This document shows, one piece after another, positions 48,489 through 60,325 of a DNA stretch of 64,000 nucleotides (the stretch's first letter is position 1; the number at the start of each line of letters is the position of its first letter). Under the pieces are notes generated by a model. It worked only from the letters and a program-made list of their open reading frames with translations, was not told the origin of the DNA and ran no database searches. The DNA comes from Mustelus asterias (Eukaryota). The position numbers and the translations under genes were made by a program. The stretch spans positions 992,001-1,056,000 of the forward strand of contig NW_027590139.1 of the NCBI RefSeq assembly GCF_964213995.1, in the 5' to 3' direction.

Positions 48489-50765
48489 AAGAACATAAGA
48501 ACATAAGAAATAGGAGCAGGAGTAGGCCATCTAACCCCTCGAGCCTGCCCCGCCATTCATCAAGATCATGGCTGATCTGAAGCGAATCAGTTCCACTTAC
48601 CCGCCTGCTCCCCATATCCCTTAATTCCCTTATCGATCAGAAATCTATCTACCCATGATTTAAACATATTTAATGAAGTAGCCTCCACCACTTCAATGGG
48701 CAGAGAATTCCAGAGATTCACTACCCTCTGAGAGACGAAGTTCCCCCTCAACTCTGTTCTGAACCAGCCCCCACTTATTTTGAGGCTGTGCCCTCTAGTT
48801 CTGGTTTCCCTTCTAAGTGGAAAGAACCTCTCTACCTCTACCCTATCCAGCCCCTTCATTATCTTATATGTCTCTATAAGATCACCCCTCAGCCTTCGAA
48901 ACTCCAACGAGTACAAACCCAATCTGTTCAATCTCTCCTCATAAGCTACACCCCTCATCACCGGTATCAACTTGGTGAACCTTGTCTGCACTCCCTCCAA
49001 GGCCAATATATCCTTTCGCAAATAAGGGGACCAAAATTGCACACAGTACTCCAGTTGCAGCCTCACTAGTGCCTTGTATAGTTGCAGCAAGACCTCCCTG
49101 CTTTTATACTCCATCCCCTTCGCGATAAAGGCCAACATTCCATTCGCCTTCTTGATCACCTGCTGCACCTGCAGACTGAGTTTTTGCGATTCGTGCACAA
49201 GGACCCCCAGGTCCCTCTGCACAGTAGCATGATGTAATTTTTCTCCATTTAAATAATATTCCAATTTACTATTATTTCTTCCAAAGTGGATAACCTCACA
49301 TTTGCCAACGTTATATTCCATCTGCCAGATCCTCGCCCACTCGCTCAGCCTATCCAAATCTCTCTGCAGACTTTCCGCGTCCTCCACACAATTCGCTTTC
49401 CCACTCATCTTCGTGTCATCAGCAAACTTTGATACCCTACACTCAGTCCCCTCCTCCAGATCATCTATGTAAATGATAAACAGTTGAGGCCCCAGCACCG
49501 ATCCCTGCGGCACGCCACTGGTCACCAACTGCCAACCAGAAAAGCACCCATTTATCCCAACTCTCTGCTTCCTGTTAGATAGCCAATCCCCAATCCACGC
49601 CAACACCTTACACCCAACTCCATGTACCCCAATCTTCTGCAGCAACCTTTTGTGAGGCACCTTATTGAATGCCTTCTGGAAATCTAAAAACACCACATCC
49701 ACCGGTTCCCCTCTGTCAACCGCACTAGTCACATCTTCATAAAGATCCAGTAAATTCATCAAACACGACTTTCCCTTCATGAATCCATGCTGCGTCTGCT
49801 TGATCGAACCATTCTTATCCAGGTGCTCTGCTATTTCCTCTTTAATGATGGACTTCAGCATCTTCCCAACTACGGACGTTAAGCTAACCGGCCTGTAGTT
49901 ACTCGCCTTTTGTCTACTTCCTTTTTTAAACAGCGGCGTAACAGTAGCTGTTTTCCAAAGAGCTGGCACTACCCCAGATTCCAGCGAATTTTGATAAGTA
50001 ACTACTAATGCATCTGCTATTACCTCAGCCATTTCTTTCAGTACCCTGGAATGCATTCCATCCGGGCCCAGGGACTTGTCTACCTTCAGTCCCATTAGTC
50101 TACCAAGCACTACCTCTGTAGTAACAGTAATTGTATTAAGGACCTCGCCTCCCACCAACTCTTGATCTCCAATATTCGGTAAACTATTTGTGTCTTCCAC
50201 CGTGAAGACCGACACAAAGAACTTATTTAAAGTCTCAGCCATTTCCTCGTTTTCCACTATTAAATCCCCCCTCTCGTCCTCCAAGGGTCCAACATTCACT
50301 CTAGCCACTCTATTCCTTTTTATATATTTGTAAAAACTTTTACTATAATTTTTTTTATTTTGAGCTAGTTTAGTTTCATAATCTATCTTTCCTTTCTTAA
50401 TCGCTTTCTTAGTCGTTCTTTGTTGTTTTTTAAAGCTTTCCCAATCCACTAATTCTCCACTATTTTTGGCCACTCTGTACGCATCTGTTTTTATTTTAAT
50501 ACTCTCCTTTATTTCCTTCGTTATCCACGTCTGGTTATCCCTTTTCTTACAGTCCTTCTTTATCACCGGAATATATTTTTGCTGAGTACTTAAAAAAATC
50601 TCCTTAAAAATCCTCCACTGTTCCTCAGCTGTCCTACCTACCAGTCTGCTCGCCCAGTCTACATTAGCCAATTCTGCCCTCATCCTATCGTACTCCCCTC
50701 TGTTCAAGCAGAGGACACTGGTTTGGGACCCTACTTTCTCACCCTCCATCTGTATCAGAAATTCT
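48489..50765 (-). mobile_element. 5'-truncated CR1 LINE with open ORF2 part (48587-50749)
   Basis: 720-aa ORF with PQGSVLGP and FADD; (TAAGAACA)n tail. Confidence 0.95.
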
Positions 50766-51384
50766 TTTGATGTTTTCTTTTAATGGAGAATCTAGAACTG
50801 GCAGGAGTGGAGGAAATATTTACAAATAAGAGATTGCTCATCTATGACAGAGATTAGAAATGTTTTATCTTAGATGGCTGTGAGTCTCTGGAACTCTTTC
50901 TCAAAAGAAAGTGGAAGCATTGTCTTTGAATATGTTAAAGGCACAGCCAAATAGATTCTTGATTAATGAGGGACTGAAAGGTTATTAGGGATAGCCTGGA
51001 CCGTGGGATTCAGGCTAAAATCAGATCAGCCATGATCTTATTGAATTGTGGAGCAGGCTGGAGGGACTGAGTGGCCTGCTACTAGTTCATTTGTTCATAT
51101 ATTCTTATGCCTCTTTCCCTGGAAATCTCTCTCTTGGGAATGTCCGTCACACAGCTTTTCCATTCGCACTGATGTTTGAAATCTTTTTGAACAGGGCATC
51201 AGTGTTCCTCTGACATTTGATCGCTGATGATAGTCATCATGAATGAATCAAGATATTTCTGACTGAAAATTCTTCCATTCTAATCCCTTGTAAATAAAAA
51301 CATCTATCAAAACAATGAATAGAAGCACAGAATAGAAATTTGAAACTGATGTTTGATTGACACGTAACATTCTCCTCCCTTTCT

Positions 51385-51848
51385 GGAAAGCATTCTTTCT
51401 GGTTGTATCACAACTTGGTATTGCTCCTGCTCTGTCCAAGACCACAAGAAATTACAAAGGATCATGAATGAAACCCAATCCATTTTGCAAAGAAGCCTCC
51501 TATCCATTGACTCTGTCTACGTTTCCCACTGTCTCGAAAAAGCAGCCAGCATAATTAAGGACCCCACGTACCCCGGACATTCCTTCTTCCACCTTCTTCC
51601 ATCGGGAAAAAGATGAAAAGGTTTGAGGACACGTACCAACCGACTCAAGAACAGCTTCTTCCCTGCTGCCATCAAACCTTTGAATGGAACTACCTTGTAT
51701 TAATTTGATCTTTCTCTAAATCCTAGCTATGACTGTAATACTACATTCTGCACCCTTCCCTTTCCTTCTCTTTGTCAGTAAAACGTACAAGAAACAATAC
51801 TTCTCACTGTCTACTAATACATGTGACAACAATAAATCAAATCAAATC
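51385..51848 (+). mobile_element. Rex1/Babar-like LINE 3' fragment
   Basis: ESILSGCITTW-like translation; tail aataaatcaaatcaaatc. Confidence 0.5.
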
Positions 51849-52169
51849 GAATTTCAAACTATAAACATCTGCTTCCTCCCTATCAATTGTAAGCCTAATT
51901 CTTTTGACCATCTTCCTTATTTTTCCCCAGTTCTCCCCCAAGGAAGCTACTGACTCTGGGGTTCAGTTTCACACTGAATTATTCCACTCCCCAGTATGTC
52001 ACCCAGGTGTCCAAATGTTTACACCTGAATTTAACAAACTGTTTGGCTAAGGCGGCGTCGCTATCAATTCCAGTGACTACCCAGATGTACATTATGTCCG
52101 GATGGGGTCACTTCGCCTCCTCCCCCATCCCATCCATCGCAGTCCCAGGTGTTTGGAGACTGGGCTCCG

Positions 52170-52499
52170 GCCGAGTAATGGCGGCCGTAACTCCCACAAT
52201 CCACCGCGCTGAGGAAATCGCTCTATTCGCTGAGTGGCACTGCGCATGATTAACAGAGAGAAGTGCTACGCATGTGCAGAGGATAGTGTTTCCCATTGGC
52301 CAACAGCTGAGAGCGACCCGGGGTCAAAGTGTCTCCCAGTCACTTCCGCTGCCCCATTGGTTTCATGAGGGGCATTAACCAATGGGAAGAGTTGGAGGAC
52401 TGGAAGACGCTTGGTCCTCCAGCCAATCGGAGTGCGGGCTTTGTGACAATGCAGATTGGATTTCAGACAGACTGAAACATCCTCCTGTCATCAACATCT
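52170..52499 (+). promoter_or_regulatory. CpG-rich promoter and non-coding exon 1 of ZNF gene 3
   Basis: ZNF143 consensus match CTCCCACAATCCACCGCG 52191-52208; ETS CACTTCCG 52341; four CCAAT/ATTGG boxes 52294-52427; GT donor at 52500. Confidence 0.7.
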
Positions 52500-52705
52500 G
52501 TCAGTAAAACACTTTGTTTTCTTCTCCTTTCTTTTTTCTCATTCTGGGGTTAAATTGGTGACTTGCAGCAACTGAAGGGAAAGGAAGTGAATCCAGGGAG
52601 CTGCAGACTCTGGAAAGGTTGGCCCAGGTCTCTCCCTCTTAAAGACATTGCCATCCTTTGCTTCCTCAACTTGGCACATTTATTTGTCTGGTTAAGAGGA
52701 TGGTC

Positions 52706-53022
52706 GGCCTTTTGGCTAAGATCAAGTGTAGTTATGCGGATGCTGCATTTGGTTGAGGTCATTGGGTTGCATTTAAGCTTCATTTTCATATGAAGCAATT
52801 TTTAAAAGTGGCATCTCGGCCTTTTGGCTAAGATGCAAATGAGACCAGGCCTTGGAGGAGGAAATCTCCGCCTACTCCAATCAGCTTGGCTCATGTAGAT
52901 CAGGCCCAAGACAGGGGAGAGGATTGCATGCCCTGTCTTGTCAGCCTGGATCGGAAATGTCTCAACTTGTTGAGACTCTGAATTGGATTTGATTTGATTG
53001 ATTGGAAAAGTATTTTTAAAAA
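52706..53022 (+). mobile_element. U2 snRNA-headed structured insertion with 26-bp flanking direct repeat
   Basis: U2 nt 9-37 at 52704-52732; second U2 stem-loop I at 52814-52834; direct repeat at 52680-52705 and 53023-53048. Confidence 0.7.
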
Positions 53023-54264
53023 TTATTTGTCTGGTTAAGAGGATGGTCTCTTTCCCAATGTTCACAATTTAAAGGGGTGATTTCCCGAGGAAATAGCTGA
53101 AATTTAAGGGGCAGTAAATTAATATAGGACAGAGATGTGTGCAGTCTTGTAATATGATACAAATTAGATATATTATGCATGGTCCAGTAATAAAGTTCAT
53201 TTTTTATTATTTTTAGTTTTGTTAATACTGTAACTAAGTAGTTTATTTTCAGTAATCGGGTTATTATATCACACAAGGAGTCCATTCAGCAACTCAAGTC
53301 CATGCTAACTCTCTGTAGAGCAATCCAGTCAGTCCCATTCCCCCTTAAGTTCATAAGATATAGGAGCATAATTAGGCTATTTGGCCCATCGAGTCCACTC
53401 CGCCATTCAATCATGGCTGATATGTTCCTCATCCCGTCTGTATCCCTGTTCCCCTGCCAGTCTATTTTGACTGCCCATCTAATTTCATTTTGAAATATTG
53501 AATGTATCAAAATGCACCACCCTCATAGCCAAAAAATTGATATTCAAGAACGTTCACTGTCGAAATAATGTTCTATCTCATAGCCTTGCTGTACTTCTAA
53601 TTATTAAACTGGTCCCCTATGTTACATACATTTTACTTCGCTAAGTATATTTAGGCATTTAGACTAGCAGCCTGCATGAAGATATCTCAGTGCTGGAGAA
53701 GAAGCAGTGAGCATGGATTTGTTGATCAGCATGAATCAACACCTTCAGGAGAATTGGAAGGGTGTATTATACATACAGCAGAGTGAGGATACAGGGATAG
53801 GGTGTGGGATGGAGATGTACAGATTCAGAGGAACAAGAAAGGAAAAAATGTTCCACGGAAACTAGAATTGTCTATTCTGAATTTCTGTTTGATACTGACA
53901 GTGATGACTTTTGTAAACTCATTTTACAGGAAGTTATAAGGGGAAGATTTGCTGCCAGCGATCTCAAAACATGTTAATGCTTAATAGAGTCACTCAAATT
54001 ATCAGAACCTGAATATCGTCAGACTTTGAATCGAGAAGAAGAAATATTTATCTGTTTTTTCTGTCACATCAGTGTGACTGGAAAGGCACCAAGAAACACA
54101 GGCCTGAGTGAGAGTGTCCAGTACACTGACTGTCAAAAGACCAGTTACACAGACTGCAAAAATATCACATCATTTACAGCGGGGACAGACAGTGCACATG
54201 CTCTATGTGTGGATGAGGATTTAACTGATTGTTAAACCTGGAAAGACACAAGGACATCCACACC

Positions 54265-55479
54265 ATGGAGAAACCGGGGAAAGATGAGGATTGTGGTAAG
54301 GAATTCCATATCCCGTCTGCACTGCAAACTCATCAACATATTCGCACTGGGGAGAGACTGTTCCCCTGCTCCAAGTGTGGGGAAGGAGACTGCTCCCCAT
54401 CTGCCCTGAAGATTCATCAATGCAGCCACACTGGGGAGAGGCCCTTCATCTGCTCTGAGTGTGGGAAGGGTTTTCTCCAGGCAGCCGACCTGTGGAATCA
54501 CCAAGCAGTTCACAGTAGGGAGAGGCTGTACACCTGCTCTGAGTGTGGGAAGGGATTCACTCAGTTATCCCACCTGCTGACACACCAGCAAGTTCACACT
54601 GGGGAAAAACCATTCAACTGCTCTGAGTGTGGGAAGCAATTCAATCATTCATCTGAACTTTTGAATCACCAACAAATCCACACCGGAGAGCGACCATTCA
54701 CCTGCTCCGACTGTGGAAAGGGTTTCACTCAGTCATCTCACCTGCAGATACACCAGCGAGCCCACACTAAGGAGAGGCCTTTCAACTGCTCTGAGTGCGG
54801 GAAGTGTTTTATTCAATTATCACACCTAGTGACTCACCAGGGAGTCCACAGGGGGGAGAGGCCGTTCCCCTGCTCCGAGTGTGGGAAGCGTTTTATTCAG
54901 TTATCACATCTAGTGACACACAAAGGAACACACACAAGGGAGAGGCCATTCAGCTGCCCCGAATGTGGGAAACGTTTTATCCAATCGTCACACCTAATGT
55001 CACACCAGGGAGTTCACAGCAGGGAGAGGCCATTCGTCTGCTCCGAGTGTGGGAGGCGTTTTATTCAATCATCCCACCTAGTGTCACACCAGGAGGTTCA
55101 CACCAGGGAGAGGCCATTTACCTGTTCCGAGTGTGGCAGGGGATTCATTCAGTTATCTGACCTGCAGAATCACCAGCAAGTTCACACCGGGGAGAGGCCG
55201 TTCACCTGCTCTGAGTGTGGGAAGGGATTTACTCGTTCAGCTAACCTGCAGGCACACCGACGTGTTCACACCAGGGAGAGACCATTCACCTGCTCTGAGT
55301 GTGGGAAAGGATTCGCTCTTTCATCTTATCTGCAGAGTCACCAGCAAGTTCACACTGGAGAGAGGCCGTTTATCTGCTCTGAGTGTGGAAAGGGATTCAT
55401 TCAGTCATCCCACCTGCAGACACACCAACGAGTTCACAAGGATTCACAAAGGGATTCACTCAGTCATCCCACCTGCTGA
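54265..55479 (+). CDS. C2H2 zinc-finger protein 3, 13 canonical fingers plus 1 degenerate, no effector domain in this exon
   Basis: Kozak accATGg at 54265; uninterrupted ORF; acceptor AG at 53928-53929; upstream promoter. Confidence 0.85.
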   Translation: MEKPGKDEDCGKEFHIPSALQTHQHIRTGERLFPCSKCGEGDCSPSALKIHQCSHTGERPFICSECGKGFLQAADLWNHQAVHSRERLYTCSECGKGFTQLSHLLTHQQVHTGEKPFNCSECGKQFNHSSELLNHQQIHTGERPFTCSDCGKGFTQSSHLQIHQRAHTKERPFNCSECGKCFIQLSHLVTHQGVHRGERPFPCSECGKRFIQLSHLVTHKGTHTRERPFSCPECGKRFIQSSHLMSHQGVHSRERPFVCSECGRRFIQSSHLVSHQEVHTRERPFTCSECGRGFIQLSDLQNHQQVHTGERPFTCSECGKGFTRSANLQAHRRVHTRERPFTCSECGKGFALSSYLQSHQQVHTGERPFICSECGKGFIQSSHLQTHQRVHKDSQRDSLSHPTC

Positions 55480-55799
55480 GACACCAGTAAGTTCACAAGT
55501 GATGACAGGGGTTGGATTCTGCTGTTATTGCTGCTGTTAATCACATCCAGGACTGAACCATGTTCATTTTGACAATTGGTGAAGTGGGAGGGTCGGAGAG
55601 TTTCTTTCTGCTGGACTGGCCAGTCTCACAACTTTGTTTCCAGTGGGCTGATGCTCTTTGAGTCTGGGAGAGCACATTTCCACTGAAATGATCCACAAAA
55701 AAAAAGCTGATGAATGTGCCAACTCGACACAGCCACCCAAGGTCGGAATCGAACCCGGTCCCTGGGGCTGTGAGCCAACTGGTCTAACCACTGTGCCAC

Positions 55800-56695
55800 C
55801 CAGATCATGGACCCCTGGCAAAACTGGAATCAATGGATATCAAGGGGCAAACTCTCTGCTGGTTGGACGTGTACTGGCAATTAGGAAGATGGTTGTGGTT
55901 GTGGAGGGTCAGTCATCTCAGCTCCAGGACATCAATGCAGGGATCTCTCAGGGTCGTGTCCGAGGCCCAACCATCTTCAGCTGCTTCATCAATGACCTTC
56001 CCTCCATCATAAGATCAGAAGTGGGGATATCCGCCAATGAATACACAATGTTCAGCACCATTTGTGACTCCTCAGATACTGAAACAGTCCATGTCCAAAT
56101 ACAACAATATCCAGGCTTGGGCTGACAAGTGGCAAGTAACATTCATGCCACATAAGTCCGAGGCAATGACCATCTCCAACAGGAGAAGATCTAACCATCA
56201 CCCCTTGACATTCAAGGGTATTACCATCACTGAATCCCCCTTCCATTATCAACATCCTGCGGGGGTTACATTGACCAGAAACTCATAGACACTGTGGCTA
56301 CCAGAGCAGGTCAGAGACTGGCAGCCCTGAGGAGAGTAACTCACTTTCTGACTCCCCCAGCCAAAGCCCGTCCACCATCTACAAGACACAAGTCAGGAAT
56401 GAGATGGAATACTCTCCACTTGCCTGAATGAGTGCAGCTCCCAACAACACTCAAGCTCAAAACCACCCAGGGCAAAGCAGCCCCACTTGATCAACACACT
56501 AACCACAAACATTCACTCCCTCTACCACCGACGGACAGGAGCAACAGTGTGTACCATCTACAAAATGCACTGCAGGGACTCACCAAGACTCCTTAGGCAG
56601 CATCTTACAGACTCAGGAACATTACCATCTAGAAGGCCAAGAGCAGCAGATACATGAGAATATCACCACCTGGAGTTTCCTCTCTAAGTCACTCA
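55800..56695 (+). mobile_element. Degenerate CR1-group LINE (RT to 3' end), continuing at 58136-58285 after the LTR
   Basis: QG..GPTIFSCFINDLP; WADKWQVTF. Confidence 0.75.
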
Positions 56696-58135
56696 TGTCA
56701 GGAAAACAGAGATAGTTTTAAGTGATCTATGTTTCTATTGTTAAATATTAGAAATAAAGTATAGATTTAAGTAAGTTTGATTTAGTGTTTCTGTGTAGGA
56801 AGAGGAGAACTTTGGTTGGATTCATGTTGAACAAAGGTGTTTGCATGTGTGGGGGATAGGTTTCAATTGAAATTGTATTCCTGTTGTGCTGAGAGAGTTT
56901 ATGGCGTGAAAAATAAACGTGAAGTTGGAGAAATAATGCATTGTTGCATAGCAACCAGGGGCACCTTGAGGGTGAGAAGGTTTTTTGAGTGTAGTATTAG
57001 TTGAATTTATAGTCTTTGGTCGTGACTTTTAAGGGGCGTCTTGACAAATACATGAATAGGATGGGAATAGAGGGATATGGTCCCCGGAAGGGGAGGGGGT
57101 TTTAGTTCAGTCGGGCAGCATGACCGGTGCAGGCTTGGAGGGCTGAAGGGCCTGTTCCTGTGCTGTAATTTTCTTTGTTCGTTGTTCTATAGCAGTTGGG
57201 GTGAGGAAACGAGAGAGTGAGCAGCTCTCAGCTCTACTAGAAGCAGGAAAGCCATACAATGGAGTAATGTGTCCGAAAGCAAGCTCCAGAGGAATTAAAG
57301 GACAGTTCGTTTGAGAAACCCGGGAATGGAAAAGAAGTTTCAGGAATATTTAAGTAAAAAAGGAACAGCATTGTCTTTGGAACAGGATACTATTCATGGA
57401 AGTTAAACTCAGACCTGGGAAGAAAAGAACTGATGAGGTTGGCGAAAGAGAAGCCGCATATCTGAAATAGTGGGAAGGTTTGATGTCCTTAAATCCAGAT
57501 TTTGAAGCAATTGTATTCTGTTACGGACTGATGATCTGAGTTTATGCAGAATTTTGGAAGCATGTTGCAATTCAAGGCAAAGGAATTCTGAGAGTTAAAA
57601 ACCTAGAGGCAGCTTCTTGCTAAAAGAGTGGAGAGAAAGCCTTGTTTGAAAGAACAATTGGAAGACCTGGAAGTGAGAAAGTTGCTTTGGAAGGAGATAT
57701 TAACACGTGTCTTTTTGAGAGCCAAGTTTGGAAACACTCGTGACAATCATCTGGGGGGAAATTTGAGGAGAAATCCACAGAGGATCGATTGAGTTGCATC
57801 TGCCACTTGGTTTCAGAGTGGGGCTTGTCTGATCACAGCCAACCTGTGGGTTTAAAGGAACCATGTGTTTACTGAGAACATTATAGCATAAGGAATTTTA
57901 AATCTATGTTATTCTTGAAATCTGGATACATTTGTGAAGGTAAGTGTGAGTCAAGGAGTATTTTGTTATCGTCAAACTCTTCGTGTTTAATAAATATTTT
58001 GTTAAAAGCTAATTGGCAGTCCTGTGATTCTGTTCCTTTATGTTTTCTACAAAAAGTAAAAGTTGCGGTCTTTTGAGCCAGTGTTCCATCCTGGAATCAT
58101 CCTGTCCAATTATAACATCAACTGGGATCGTAACA
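56696..58135 (+). mobile_element. Solo LTR (TG...CA, 4-bp TSD CTCA) with nested CR1 3' end at ~57020-57190
   Basis: TGTCA...TAACA termini; CTCA at 56692-56695 and 58136-58139; the host LINE tail resumes afterwards; AATAAA ~57989. Confidence 0.7.
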
Positions 58136-58862
58136 CTCACCATCTTGACTTCAAAATATATCGCTGTTCCTTCGCTGTCACTCGGTCAAAATCCTGGAGC
58201 TTCCTCCCAAACAAGTGTGGGTGTCCCTATGCCACAGGGATTGGCCAGGATTGACAAAGACTGCTGGAGGCAAGGCTATTGGTTAATATAACTTTTTATT
58301 GCACCTTCTTCTAAATATGTACAGCACAAGGCTCAGCATAGAACCATCTCTCAGCAAACTCTTATCATCTGATCTTACATCACTGGGTAGAATATTTACA
58401 AATTTAACATTGACCCTTTACACTGCACCAAGTCTTCAGTCAGCCTCCTAACATCCCCTCAGTGCCAGTTGTCTGATTTATCAATTGATGTTTCTGAGAT
58501 TCACCTTGGGACACTCTCCTACATTGAAGGTCTGATGTAAACAAAAGTTATTTTTTAAATCTCATTGTAACAGACTGAGGAAGTCAGGATTAAAACAATA
58601 TCTGGGTAAATGGAGTTAGGTCACAGATCAGCCATGACCTCAGTGAATGAGAGAACAGGCTTGAGGGATAAATGACCTCCTCCTGTTCCTGGTAAACTTG
58701 GACTCAGACACCAGCTGATGAATGGAAAGTGATGGGAGACCTGGGGAGAAGAGACTTCATCAGAAACCAGCACTGGAGCAGAGTTAGAGAGTGGGAGAAG
58801 CCTGGGAGAAACTACACAGGAACTGGAGTTGGTTGTTCAGCTCTTCCAGTCCGCTCTGTCAT

Positions 58863-59203
58863 TCATAGAAATCATAGAAACCCTACAGTGCAGAAGGAGG
58901 CCATTCGGCCCATCGAGTCTGCACCGACCACAATCCCACCCAGGCCCTACCCACACATATTTACCCACTAATCCCTCTAACCTACGCATCTCAGGACTCT
59001 AAGGGGCAATTTTTAACCTGGCCAATCAACCTAACCTGCACATCTTTGGACTGTGGGAGGAAACCGGGGCACCCGGAGGAAACCCACGCAGACACGAGGA
59101 GAATGTGCAAACTCCACACAGACAGTGAACCGAGCCGGGAATCGAACCCGGGACCCTGGAGCTGTGAAGCAGCAGTGCTAACCACTGTGCTACCGTGCCG
59201 CCC
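58863..59203 (-). mobile_element. HE1/V-SINE, full length, young
   Basis: gggcggcacggtagcacagtggttagc head, B box ggttcgattcc, (ttctatga)n tail. Confidence 0.9.
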
Positions 59204-59329
59204 AGTTAGACCCTGGCTGAACAATCAGATTGGCAAGATTTATTTGATTCTATTCTGTAGATTAAGCTGCAGCTCAGTTTTTTGGGAAATTAACATCAGC
59301 AGAAACAAACTCCAACTATCACAATGGGA

Positions 59330-60325
59330 ACATGTGAATTAGGAGCAGGAGAAGGCCACTCGGCCCCTCGAGCCTGCTCCACCATTCAATAGGGTCCCGG
59401 CTGATGTGATTGTAGCTTCAACTCCACTTTCCTTCTTACCCCTCACACCCTTTGACTCTCGTCAATCAAGAATCTATTAAATTCAGACTTCAGAATATTC
59501 AGTGAGCCAGCCTCCACCACTCTCTGTGGAAGAGAATTCCACACTGTAACAACCCTCTGAGAGAAAAGGTTTCTCCTCATCCCAGTCTTAAATGGGAGAC
59601 CCCGTATTTTTAAACTGTGCCTCTAGTTCTCCTCTCTCTACAATCAACATCCACTCTGTCAAGTCCCCTCTGAATTTTATGTTTCAATCAGATCCTCTCT
59701 CATTCTTCTAAACCCCTTTAGATACAGGCCGAACATGTCCAACATTTCCTTGTATGATAACACCCTCATCCCGTGAATCAGTCAACTAAACCTTCTCTGA
59801 ACTACTTCTCACACAAGTCCTCTCTTAAGTAAGGAGACCAAAACTGTACACCGTGCTCTAGATGTGGTCTCACCAATACCCTGAACAAATGCAGCAAAAC
59901 ATCTCTGCAATAAACAACAATTCATTTACCTTTCTAATCATTTGCTGGATCCACACACTAACTTTTCCTGATTACGGTACCAGGACACCCAGATCCCTCT
60001 GTACCTCAAAGTTCTGCAATCTCTCTCTGTTTAAATAATCAGCTGCTTTTCCATCCTTCCTGCCAAATGGACAAGTTCACATTATCCAAAAATCTTGTTC
60101 CAGTTGCCAACTTTTTGCCCACTCACTGACCCTATCTATATCGCTTTGCAGGCTTGTTATGGTCATTCACATCTCACTTTCCTACCTACCTTTGTGTTAT
60201 CAACAAATTTTGATCCTGTCATCCACATCATGAAAATAGTTTGTCAATAGTTGAGGGCCCAGCACTGGTCCCTGTGGCACTCCACAGGCTACACTTTGCC
60301 ATCCCAAAAATGACTTGTTTCTCCC
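59330..60325 (-). mobile_element. Old CR1, continuing at 61607-61915; host of the young CR1
   Basis: CR1 UTR and decayed RT motifs on the minus strand on both sides of the insert. Confidence 0.75.

Noticed and set aside
52704-52834. Functional U2 snRNA gene
   Set aside because: Only 5' fragments (29 and 21 nt) are present; the rest of U2, including the Sm site and 3' stem-loops, is missing.
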